DNA from: Oscillospiraceae bacterium
Lineage (GTDB): Bacteria; Bacillota; Clostridia; Christensenellales; QALW01
NCBI GenBank assembly: GCA_022009755.1
Contig: CP091722.1
Span: 1,092,098-1,156,097, forward strand
DNA length: 64,000 bases
Direction: 5' to 3'
Below, piece after piece: positions 30,565-39,071 of this stretch. Each line of letters starts with the position of its first letter. The stretch's first letter is position 1. The position numbers and the translations under genes are program-made. The notes under the pieces were generated by a model. It saw only the letters and a program-made list of their open reading frames with translations. It had not been told where the DNA came from and did no database searches.

Positions 30565-30599
30565 AAAAAGCAGGGCGTTTGCCCTGCTTTTGCTGTTTT
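30565..30599 (+). terminator. Intrinsic terminator of the methyltransferase gene
   Basis: AAAAAGCAGGGC gttt GCCCTGCTTTTGCTGTTTT: a perfect GC-rich stem followed by a T-run. Confidence 0.75.
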
Positions 30600-30843
30600 G
30601 TACATATACCGCTCAGCAGATACGAAAATGCACACGGCTGATTTTTTGCTGTTTTGCAGCGAAACGCGAAGACGCGCCGCAAGCGCAAGGAACGCCGCAG
30701 TAAGCCGTGCTTACGCAGGCGTGCCCGCAGCGCGGGCCGGGCGGCGGCAAGCCCGCAGGGCGCAGACGGCGCACGGCCGGGGGCGAAGCCCCCGGCGCGG
30801 CGTCCGCTGCTTAAATATGCTTGGCTGCACATATATGCAGTTT

Positions 30844-30934
30844 CACTATTCACTATTCACTATTCACTATTCACTATTCACTATTCACTATTCACTATTC
30901 ACTATTCACTATTCACCATTTGCTATTCACTGCT
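30844..30934. repeat. Heptanucleotide microsatellite (CACTATT) x10 perfect plus about 3 degenerate units
   Basis: Perfect units start at 30844 and continue every 7 nt to 30913. They are followed by the degenerate units caccatt, tgctatt and cactgct. Confidence 0.95.
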
Positions 30935-30963
30935 CATTCTTGTTTTCGCTGCATATGCCCGTA

Positions 30964-32568
30964 TTATCGCATGAAGCCGCCCGCGCCCACGGCGCTGAAG
31001 CTGTGACTTTGCATATCCTGTGAAAAAGTGTAGGTGCCGGTGCTGCAGGAAAAGCTCATAAGGCACACTCCGCTGTACAGCCCAATTGTTCCGTACTCCG
31101 GGCGCATAACGCTCCAAAGCAGCTTACCGTCCTTAATACGGAGCTTATCGCCTATCGCACCTTCGGTGCTGTAAAAGCTTTCCGGCTGTCCTGTCTGCGC
31201 ATCGCACACCATAAGAATGGCCGTGACATTTTCCCGCATCATGCGCGCAATGTCGGCGCACGCCTCCTCGGTTGTGCTTACAAAATTTTCGCCGTATTTA
31301 TCATCGATCTTTTCCAGCACCGCGGCAATATCTGCCCATTGCTCATCGTAAATATAGCTGCTGTTTTCGGGAATTGCGGCGGAATGTGCCGAAATGTAGA
31401 GCTTATCCCCAATTTGCAGCACACTGTCCACGGTAAGCAGTCTTCCTTTATCGGAATATATTCTTGTTTGCCGAATGCCGTTTTCATCAAAGGTTATAAG
31501 CACGGCTTGACCGACAGTGGGGCCTTTTGCCTTGATTATATAGCCGTCGCCCGCTCTGTATGCCGTTTTTCGCCCATCGCCGACTTCTATATCGCATTTA
31601 TGGCGGCTTATACATTCTGCTGCCCGCTCATCCGTGACAATTATCTCCAAGACTTGACCGTGATTGCCGTTTCTTCCGATCAGAATGAAGGTCAGACTTC
31701 CGTTATCGTTTTCAAACACGCCTATGCAGGAGGCATATGACAGGCTCGATTTTATGCTGCTTTTTGCTTTTATCCGACCGTCCGCACTTACGCATATAAT
31801 ATCGATGACGGCTCCCCCTGCACTGCACTGAATAATATCCCCGCCGTGCAATTCGGTATAAGGGCCAAGATCGTTTATATTTTCCGGCATGGGCACTCGC
31901 CAGCATTCTTCCCCTTCGCGGAAGCAGGCAATATAACATTTTTGTATGCCGTCGGCGGGTGCTGTATCATATATTCTTCTTATCAAAGCCGCGCCGCCCA
32001 TATTCTTGCCCGTAAGCATGGTATCATAATAGTTACTGGCATTTCGCTGCCGCTCCAAGGGAGTAAATTCCGGCCATATCGGCGTTATGTTGCAGCCGTA
32101 TATGCCCTCGGTGCCGTCTGTTGCCTCGGTCTGCGGCTGATCCCTGCGGGCATCGGTGCCGACAGTTGCGGAAATCTGTGCCGTTTCGGTGGCCGACGCC
32201 GCAGCGCTGGCATAGCCGGGCTGCATACTGAGCCGCAGCGTAAGCTCACGGTATGCCGTTTTGATCTCGTTTCTGTTCATGCCCTCAATGTTTACATAGT
32301 GCTCCCTGAGGAAATTGACTGCGCAGTCGTACTGTCTTGCCTCTTCGGCTACGGCATAGACGCCGAGCGAGCCCACGGCAATCAGCGCGGCGCAGCCCAC
32401 TGCCGCACAGCGGCGCAGCGGCGCCCAGGTTTGCTTTATGCCAAGCCCCGTAAGAAAGGCCGTTTTCTGCGCTATTCTTTTGCGCGATATACCGCAAGGT
32501 ATGCGATCCTTATGCAGTTTTGTGTTTTCTGCAAGCAGCTCCTCAAACAGCCTGCGATCGTCATTCAT
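30964..32568 (-). CDS. Putative anti-sigma factor / membrane-anchored protein with a large extracytoplasmic domain
   Basis: The start overlaps the sigma gene stop by 8 nt. It has a short cytoplasmic N-terminus, a single TM helix (AAVGCAALIAVGSLGVYAV) and a C-terminal domain of about 450 aa of unknown family. Confidence 0.55.
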   Translation of the reverse strand: MNDDRRLFEELLAENTKLHKDRIPCGISRKRIAQKTAFLTGLGIKQTWAPLRRCAAVGCAALIAVGSLGVYAVAEEARQYDCAVNFLREHYVNIEGMNRNEIKTAYRELTLRLSMQPGYASAAASATETAQISATVGTDARRDQPQTEATDGTEGIYGCNITPIWPEFTPLERQRNASNYYDTMLTGKNMGGAALIRRIYDTAPADGIQKCYIACFREGEECWRVPMPENINDLGPYTELHGGDIIQCSAGGAVIDIICVSADGRIKAKSSIKSSLSYASCIGVFENDNGSLTFILIGRNGNHGQVLEIIVTDERAAECISRHKCDIEVGDGRKTAYRAGDGYIIKAKGPTVGQAVLITFDENGIRQTRIYSDKGRLLTVDSVLQIGDKLYISAHSAAIPENSSYIYDEQWADIAAVLEKIDDKYGENFVSTTEEACADIARMMRENVTAILMVCDAQTGQPESFYSTEGAIGDKLRIKDGKLLWSVMRPEYGTIGLYSGVCLMSFSCSTGTYTFSQDMQSHSFSAVGAGGFMR

Positions 32569-33106
32569 ATTTATCGCCTCCCAGGATACTCCTTAGTTTT
32601 TTTACCGCTCTGTGTGCTCTTGTATCCACTGCGGAAACCGTCATATGCATTATTCGGGCAATGTCCTTTGAATTTTGGGACATAAAGTATTTGCGAAGCA
32701 GTATCTCGCGGTCGGTATTTTCCAGTGCGTCTATCGCCCCCAGAAGCTCCTGCCGCCTTTCCCTGCTCTCGGCCTCGTCCTCGGGGCCTGCCGCCGTGTC
32801 CGGCTCCGCGCCCTCAAGCTCCTCCTGCGGGGCGCCGTTTTTGCGCAGCATATCAATGCACTGGCGCTTGGCTATAATGCACAGCCAACCGGAAAGCCCG
32901 CAGCGCTGCGGATCGTAGCTTTCGCGGGAAAACCAAAACCTTGCAAAGGCTGCGGAAACGCAGTCCTCCACATCCTGCGGTGAAGCGCCGCTGCCCAGGA
33001 TTCCCCTGCACACCGTGCACATAAGCCCGGTATAAAGCCGCATTATAAGCTTCATGCCCTCCTCCGGCTCTGCCGCAAGGCGTGCAAGTATTTTTTCCTG
33101 TGTCAA
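32561..33106 (-). CDS. ECF-type sigma-70 family RNA polymerase sigma factor
   Basis: 181 aa with region-2-like DVEDCVSAAFARFW and a region-4 HTH (SKDIARIMHMTVSAVDTRAHRAVKKL). The TTG start is preceded by GGAGGTGA. Confidence 0.85.
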   Translation of the reverse strand: MTQEKILARLAAEPEEGMKLIMRLYTGLMCTVCRGILGSGASPQDVEDCVSAAFARFWFSRESYDPQRCGLSGWLCIIAKRQCIDMLRKNGAPQEELEGAEPDTAAGPEDEAESRERRQELLGAIDALENTDREILLRKYFMSQNSKDIARIMHMTVSAVDTRAHRAVKKLRSILGGDKYE

Positions 33107-33542
33107 CGCGTCACCTCCACCGCCGCGGCGATTTGCCTTGTCAGACCCGTTCGTTCAGGTCTGTCCGTGCGCAGCGGCACCGCGCGTTCTTCCCCTTTTT
33201 TACGCACGATGCCGTTTTGCAGGATTTGCGGACAGAATACCTGCGCGCCGATGCCCCTGATATCGGCGCGCTTTTCATGCTCCCTTATACTGTACTCCTT
33301 TATTCTCCTTTATATTGCTATATTGCCGCCCGTGCGTTTTTGATGTGCTTTCCCCCGTGCGGCGCACGGCGGCACCTTATCCCCTGCTTTTCCCCAAAAG
33401 CTTGATGCGCGCCTGAATATGCGCCGGCTCCGTGACGGCTTAATTACATAATTATATACGGTTTTTTCACTTTTTTTCTTACAGGATTTTTATGCTTTTT
33501 TTCTGCGCAAATTTTTGGAAAATAATTGCGGCTTTTTAATTG

Positions 33543-33575
33543 TAAAAATGCCGAAGAAACACCGTTTCTCCGGCA
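33543..33575 (-). terminator. Intrinsic terminator downstream of the helicase gene
   Basis: Stem 33549-33560 / 33564-33575 (TGCCGGAGAAAC ggt GTTTCTTCGGCA on the minus strand, with one mismatch), followed by TTTTT. Confidence 0.65.
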
Positions 33576-33612
33576 GATACAAAAGCATTTTCCGCGGCAT
33601 TTTCCCCTACGC

Positions 33613-35976
33613 TTACACATAGGATATTCCGGAATCCCACTGTAAAATACGCTCTTTCATTCCGTTTATATCCAGCACGCCGCAGGCAAAGCCCTTGCGT
33701 ACAAGCTCCTCCGGCACGAATTCATCGTATTTTTCAAACACCGGCACCTCTCCCGGATAAAGCAGCTCCATCGGATTTACAAGCTCTGCCGCTTTTTTTG
33801 CCAAAAGGTGCAGGAATTCATCGGGCTCGGCCGTCATGCGGAACTGCATAAAATACGGCTTTGAGCTTTCAAAGCCCTTGATCCCCGCCTCGGCGCATTT
33901 GAGCTTTATAAGACGCTCAAGAGCCATAAAGGCGTATGTACCCAGCCACGGCATGAGGCACCATGAATCGCCGCCAAGACAAATAAGCGGGTAAGAAAGC
34001 CCGGCATTGTGCGCCGCCCGCCTTGCCTGCGTCAGTCTTGCGCGGGCATTTTTCATAAGATAGGGATACAGCTCGTCCTCCAGCAGCACCTGCTTCATGC
34101 GTTCCAGCACGCGGGTATTGATATCGCCGGGGCACAGCCCGAAAAACGCTGGAACCCTGCCCTTTACCATGGTGCAATAGACCGTGCGGCGTTTATGATC
34201 TATCTCGTCCACAACCCACACATGTCCGGCAAGCGCCAGCCGTTCTCCCACCGGCGGCGGCTTGACCACCGTGCCCAGCTCCTGTGAGCCGCTGCGCACG
34301 GTGTACTCCTCATTTTCCTGAAAAACGGCAAAAAAGCGGTAGGAATTAACCTGTCTTTCGCCGGATATGCCTATTATCAGCCCGCCCTCCGCCGTTTTCT
34401 GTATTTGATCGGTGGCAAGCAAATGGCGCAGCAAAATGACATAATCCTCTTTTGTTATGCCGGAAAAGCAGCTGAGGGAAAGCACGCGGCGGGCAAGCTG
34501 CGACGGCAGCAGCTCGCCGCAGGAGCAAAGCACGCTCATGGTTTGGTGATACAGCAGGCTGTACGGCAGCTTGCCGAGCCTTGGCGGCTCCACCCAGTGT
34601 TCTTCCCGGTAAAGCTGCACAAGCGCCGCGCCCTGAAGCAGCTGCCACGGCAGGGACGCAGGCAGCGATGCCCGCATCTCCGGCGGCTCCTCCCTCATAA
34701 CAAAGCGCATCTCCGGCGGAAGCTCGCGCCGTCCCGTTCGCCCCATACGCTGAAGGAAGGAGGAAACGGTGAAGGGGGCGTTTATCTGGAATGCCCGCTC
34801 CAAGCGGCCAATATCTATGCCCAGCTCCAGCGTAGCGGTGGTGACTGTGGTAAGGGCTCTGGTTTCGTCCTTCATGGCCTCCTCCGCCGTTTCGCGGTAG
34901 GATGCCGACAGATTGCCGTGATGAATGAGAAAGCGGTCCGCCTCGTGCTTATACTCGCAATATTGCCTTAAAGTGGTGGTGACGGTTTCACATTCCTCGC
35001 GGGAATTGACAAACACCAGACACTTGCGGCCGCGGGTATGCTCAAAGATATAGCCTATGCCGGGATCGGCTCCGGCGGGAGCGGTATCGGTGCGGTCGGC
35101 GGTAAATTCCGCCTCAAGGCGTTCCCTCTGAGCTGCGGTTATACCCGCCGGCAAAGGAGAGCTTTCTTCGGTTGATATGTTCAGACGCTGCGAATCGGCG
35201 CATAACCGTCCCGTTTGCGCCGCTTCCAATGTGTTCTGTGCGGAATTCTTCTTCTCCGGCTCTGCCGCCTGCGGGCCGGCCGTAAAGAAGTGCTCCATGC
35301 TCAGGCGCCAGCGCACGCCCTTATTTTCCAGTCTCGGAATTACGGTGCGCCGCCCCGTTCCCTGAGAGAGCAGCCTTCCCATCTCCTCCGGCTCGCCTAT
35401 TGTGGCGGAAAGCCCGATACGGCGCGGGTTTACGCCCGCAAGGGAGCAAAGGCGCTCTATAAGGCAAAGCGTCTGACCGCCGCGGTCGCCCCGCATTACG
35501 GAATGCACCTCGTCTATTACTATAAACCGAAGATCCCCGAAAAGCCGGGGAATATCGGCGTGTTTACGCATAAGCATGGCCTCAAGGGATTCCGGGGTTA
35601 TTTGCAGCACTCCGGAGGGATGCTTGAGCATACGCGCCTTATGGCTTTGTGCTACATCCCCGTGCCAGTGCCATACGGGAATGCCCGCCTCGCCGCACAG
35701 CTCCTCAAGGCGTGAAAACTGATCGTTTATAAGCGCCTTGAGCGGCCCGATATATACCGCTCCGATACTGCACGGCGCATCCTTTGAAAGCAGGGTAAGC
35801 ACCGGAAAAAACGCAGCTTCGGTTTTTCCTGAGGCAGTGGCGGCCGTAAGCAGCACATTATCGTCCGTTCCGAATATGGCCTCGCCTGCCGCCACCTGCA
35901 CCGCGCGCAGGCTGTCCCAGCCGCTGCGATATATATAATCCTGAACAAAGGGAGCGTACTGCTGAAAAACATTCAT
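33613..35976 (-). CDS. sngC: DEAD/DEAH-box SF2 helicase (Shango SngC-like)
   Basis: Helicase motifs I TASGKT, II DEVH, III SAT and VI QRMGRTGRR. ATG 35976 (MNVFQQY), preceded by GGAGAA, is preferred over 36051. It is the last gene of the TerB/ATPase/helicase operon. Confidence 0.85.
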   Translation of the reverse strand: MNVFQQYAPFVQDYIYRSGWDSLRAVQVAAGEAIFGTDDNVLLTAATASGKTEAAFFPVLTLLSKDAPCSIGAVYIGPLKALINDQFSRLEELCGEAGIPVWHWHGDVAQSHKARMLKHPSGVLQITPESLEAMLMRKHADIPRLFGDLRFIVIDEVHSVMRGDRGGQTLCLIERLCSLAGVNPRRIGLSATIGEPEEMGRLLSQGTGRRTVIPRLENKGVRWRLSMEHFFTAGPQAAEPEKKNSAQNTLEAAQTGRLCADSQRLNISTEESSPLPAGITAAQRERLEAEFTADRTDTAPAGADPGIGYIFEHTRGRKCLVFVNSREECETVTTTLRQYCEYKHEADRFLIHHGNLSASYRETAEEAMKDETRALTTVTTATLELGIDIGRLERAFQINAPFTVSSFLQRMGRTGRRELPPEMRFVMREEPPEMRASLPASLPWQLLQGAALVQLYREEHWVEPPRLGKLPYSLLYHQTMSVLCSCGELLPSQLARRVLSLSCFSGITKEDYVILLRHLLATDQIQKTAEGGLIIGISGERQVNSYRFFAVFQENEEYTVRSGSQELGTVVKPPPVGERLALAGHVWVVDEIDHKRRTVYCTMVKGRVPAFFGLCPGDINTRVLERMKQVLLEDELYPYLMKNARARLTQARRAAHNAGLSYPLICLGGDSWCLMPWLGTYAFMALERLIKLKCAEAGIKGFESSKPYFMQFRMTAEPDEFLHLLAKKAAELVNPMELLYPGEVPVFEKYDEFVPEELVRKGFACGVLDINGMKERILQWDSGISYV

Positions 35977-36069
35977 AAATATTTCTCCGTTGCGCCCGCG
36001 ATGCCGCGCATTTCTGCCGACGGCTCGCAAAACGCCCGTACAATTGCACATATGTGCATGTTTTGTGTT

Positions 36070-37389
36070 TTATATTTCAAACTCGCTGTATTCGTCCTTG
36101 GCGGAGGCATCGTCAGATACCGCCGAAGAGGGCGAAAAGGTGAATTCGCCGCTGCCGATAAGCTCGGAGGGCGAGGTACCGGGATGCTGACACAGAACAT
36201 TAAGCAGCTGAATGAAATCCCTTATTATTTCACGGGGGGTTATATTCTGATCCGCCCCCACCCTGCCGTACTCCAGCTTTATAAAATCCTCCCGCTGTTT
36301 ATCGTTTAACAATGCGGCATGATCGTACAGTCCGCAATGTATTTCCTCCAGCTTTTCCGCCAAAACCAGCATTTCCTCCGCCGTAAGGGGAGAAAGCTTT
36401 ATTACCGGCGCCATCATATCGCGTTTGTCCGAAGCAAAACGGCCGTCCGCAAGACGGGAGCGCAGTGCCTCATAGCTGTAAAGGCCGCGCCGCTGATCCT
36501 CTATGCACTGGGGCGTGCCGCACATGATGATGCCCATATAGCTTGCCCTTCCCTGAAGCGCATCGTTGTACATAGTAAGCAGCTTTTCGTAGTTATACTG
36601 CCTGGTAATGGCGTTTGGAACCTTGTAGATATTTACAAGCTCGTCGATAAGAACAAGCAGGCCGCTGTACCCCGCTTCATGGAGAAACAGCGAAAACAGC
36701 TTGATATAATCGTACCAATCGTCATCGGTAATGATTATATTTATGCCCAGCTCCGCTCTTGCCTCGCTTTTGGAGGAATATTCGCCGCGAAACCATTTTA
36801 TGACATTAGCCTTAAGCTGATCGTCACCGTCAAGATAGGCTTTATAATAAAGCGACAGCAGGCGGGCAAAATCAAAGCCGTGAACCAGCTCGCTCAGCGC
36901 GCCCACCACGCGGTATATTTCCCTGTCTACAAGCTCGCGGAAGCCCTCGCTTTGGGGTGAAACGCCGTTTTGCGCAACCACTGAGCTTTGTACCGAGCTT
37001 ATCCAGCGCTCCAGTATTAGCGTGAGCGCGCCGCCGTCGGGGCGGGTTTTGGTGGAAAGGTTGCGCACAAGCTCGCGGTAGGTGGCAAGCCCCTGCCCCT
37101 TGGTGCCGTGCAGCCTTCTTTCCGGAGAAAGATCGCAGTCCATAACCGCAAAGCCGCGATCCATGGCATAATTGCGCACGGTCTGGAGCAAAAAGCTCTT
37201 ACCGCTGCCGTACCGCCCGGCAATAAAGCGGAAGGAGGCTCCGCCCTGCGATACAATATCGATATCGTGCACAAGCGCCTCTATTTCCTCCTTGCGTCCC
37301 ACCGTTATATAGGGCAGCCCCACTCTGGGGACCACTCCGCCCTTAAGCGAATTTATAAGTGCCGAAGCAATTCTTTTGGGTATATTCAT
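36070..37389 (-). CDS. sngB: P-loop ATPase (DUF2791/BREX-type ATP-binding domain-like; Shango SngB-like)
   Basis: Walker A GRYGSGKSF and Walker B LLVLIDEL. Its ATG overlaps the upstream gene's stop (ATGA at 37386-37389). Confidence 0.8.
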   Translation of the reverse strand: MNIPKRIASALINSLKGGVVPRVGLPYITVGRKEEIEALVHDIDIVSQGGASFRFIAGRYGSGKSFLLQTVRNYAMDRGFAVMDCDLSPERRLHGTKGQGLATYRELVRNLSTKTRPDGGALTLILERWISSVQSSVVAQNGVSPQSEGFRELVDREIYRVVGALSELVHGFDFARLLSLYYKAYLDGDDQLKANVIKWFRGEYSSKSEARAELGINIIITDDDWYDYIKLFSLFLHEAGYSGLLVLIDELVNIYKVPNAITRQYNYEKLLTMYNDALQGRASYMGIIMCGTPQCIEDQRRGLYSYEALRSRLADGRFASDKRDMMAPVIKLSPLTAEEMLVLAEKLEEIHCGLYDHAALLNDKQREDFIKLEYGRVGADQNITPREIIRDFIQLLNVLCQHPGTSPSELIGSGEFTFSPSSAVSDDASAKDEYSEFEI

Positions 37390-39060
37390 GCTTTTCTCCC
37401 TTCCGATATATTCAAGCCAAGCATTTCATAAAGCTGCGCCGTATAATCCTCCACCGCTTCGGGAGCGGTTTCCTCCCCTATGAGTACGGTATCGGAAAAG
37501 GTATCAAACAGCTTTTCGTTTACGGAATCCATTATTACCGACGGAAGCACGCTTTCACTGCGCAAAAGCTCCGAAAACGGCTCTGCGCACAGCACGCGCC
37601 GCAGGTATTCCTTTTCAAGCTCAGTAAGCCCGGTTTCCGCCGGAGTCTCCGAATCGCACGGCGCGGGCTGTGCCGCTTTGCGGTCTGCCGCCGGGATGTT
37701 GCTTTCGCCGCTGTCCGCCGGCAGGCTTATCTTACGGGAGGATACCCCTTGCGCGGCCGTATTTCCCGGCGCTTGCGTATCCGGCGCCGGATATGCTCCT
37801 TTATCCGCCTCAACCGGTGTATCTGCCGCATACGCCTCCTCCGTTTCGTCAAGTCCGTCAAGCAGGCACTTTAATGTATCATCGGCGTTTTGCCTTATGC
37901 CGGCAAGGGCCGAGGTATCTATGCTGATATTTGCCGCAGCCGCTTTCTGCCTGCTGCCGCAGACATTCTGCCATGCCTTTGTTATAAGCTCGGTATACAG
38001 CTTACTGGGCTGGCATTTCAGCTCCGGCGTAACGCTCAGGCATTTTCTCAGCACCGCGTCTACGCTTTTGATAAATTCTCCCAGCAGCCGGTTCCTCCCC
38101 TTTGAAGCAAACAGGCGTCTGTTTATCCAGTTGCCCGAACGGCAGATATAAACATTGAGAGGATCCACCGTATATTCGGTATCAGGGTGCTTTCCTCCCT
38201 GTAAAACACCGCAGAGCGGAACATGACATACGGGCTTTCGTAAACCTTTCCGAAAAAGCGCTCACATATCCCGCTGCGGCGATGCTTGCCGTAATAATCG
38301 GAAAGAAGGTTAAAGGCCCGCACCGCCGTTGCTTCCGTCTCCTCGGGGTAAAGCCTGTAAAGCTTTGAGTGTGTAAGATCGTAGGAAGAAAGTGCATTAA
38401 GCACGGGAAATATCTCGCTTGCCGGATGCCTTGCGCTTTCGGTAAGCAGCTGCACCGAACGCTCAAAATCCGCCTGTTCCCCCTTATCAACAAGGCTTAC
38501 ATCCATGCCGTAATAAACCGCCAGATCGGAAAGCCATATCTTTGCATACCGTTCTATGCGGTCGTCAAACCCCGCATACCATGCCGCAAACTCTTTAAGG
38601 CGCGCGTAAGCCTGCTGCGCAGACTCAGCCCCTATAAGATTAAGCAGCTCATAGATATAAACAAAGGCATAGGACAGCCCGGCATACGGGCGTTCCCCCC
38701 CCCGCGCACCCTTGTGCGCCATGTAAAATAGGAGCGAAGCTGCGGCAGCGTCATATCGGCATATGTGGGATAGTATCGGAAAAATTCAGTGTTTTCCCTG
38801 TAATCATCCTCAAAATTCTCCATCAGCTTGCCCTGGTGATAAAACAGCATTGCAGCAGAGCGCATGGAGGGCAGCAGCGCCATAGCCCGCATACGGCGAT
38901 ATTCGCCCGGCGCGGCTTCGCTTTGCTGCGGGCGTATTATAGGCTCATCGGTATAAATGCGTTCCGTAACGCTGCATTTGCCGTTTGACTGTTTATCCCC
39001 GACGCTGAAGGCGCGGATGCTTTCCAGCAGCTTTGCCGCAGTATCTGTCAGATTCTTCAA
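37386..39060 (-). CDS. sngA: TerB-N / TerB-C domain protein (Shango SngA-like); two apparent frameshifts
   Basis: The N-terminus YPTYADMTLPQLRSYFTWRTRVRGG...SYAFVYIYELLN is TerB-N-like. The C-terminus LTELEKEYLRRVL...SVIMDSVNEKLFDTFSDTVLIGEE is TerB-C-like. Three collinear ORFs (39060-38632, 38722-38123, 38168-37386) have breaks at the G9 run 38695-38703 and near 38172. The TTG start is preceded by GGAGGGG. Confidence 0.8.
38695..38703. repeat. Homopolymer C9 (G9 on the coding strand) inside sngA
   Basis: Counted directly as nine consecutive C at 38695-38703. The sngA frame changes exactly here, and G7 or G10 would restore ...TRVRGG(G)ERPYAGLSYAF. Confidence 0.9.
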
Positions 39061-39071
39061 ATCCGCCCCTC

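Noticed and set aside
30844-30934. CRISPR array. This was also considered for the repeats at 908-957, 39072-39107 and 39460-39493.
   Set aside because: The units are 7-12 bp in direct tandem with no spacers. CRISPR repeats are about 24-48 bp and are separated by unique spacers of similar size. No cas genes are present in the window.
30598-31023. ORFs reading through the heptamer repeat (141 aa, 106 aa and 61 aa in three frames), which would encode an (HYSLFTI)n repeat protein.
   Set aside because: All three frames are open only because the repeat unit lacks stop codons. There is no RBS. The upstream part is GC-rich, Arg/Ala-rich low-complexity sequence. The region lies between two convergent terminated genes.
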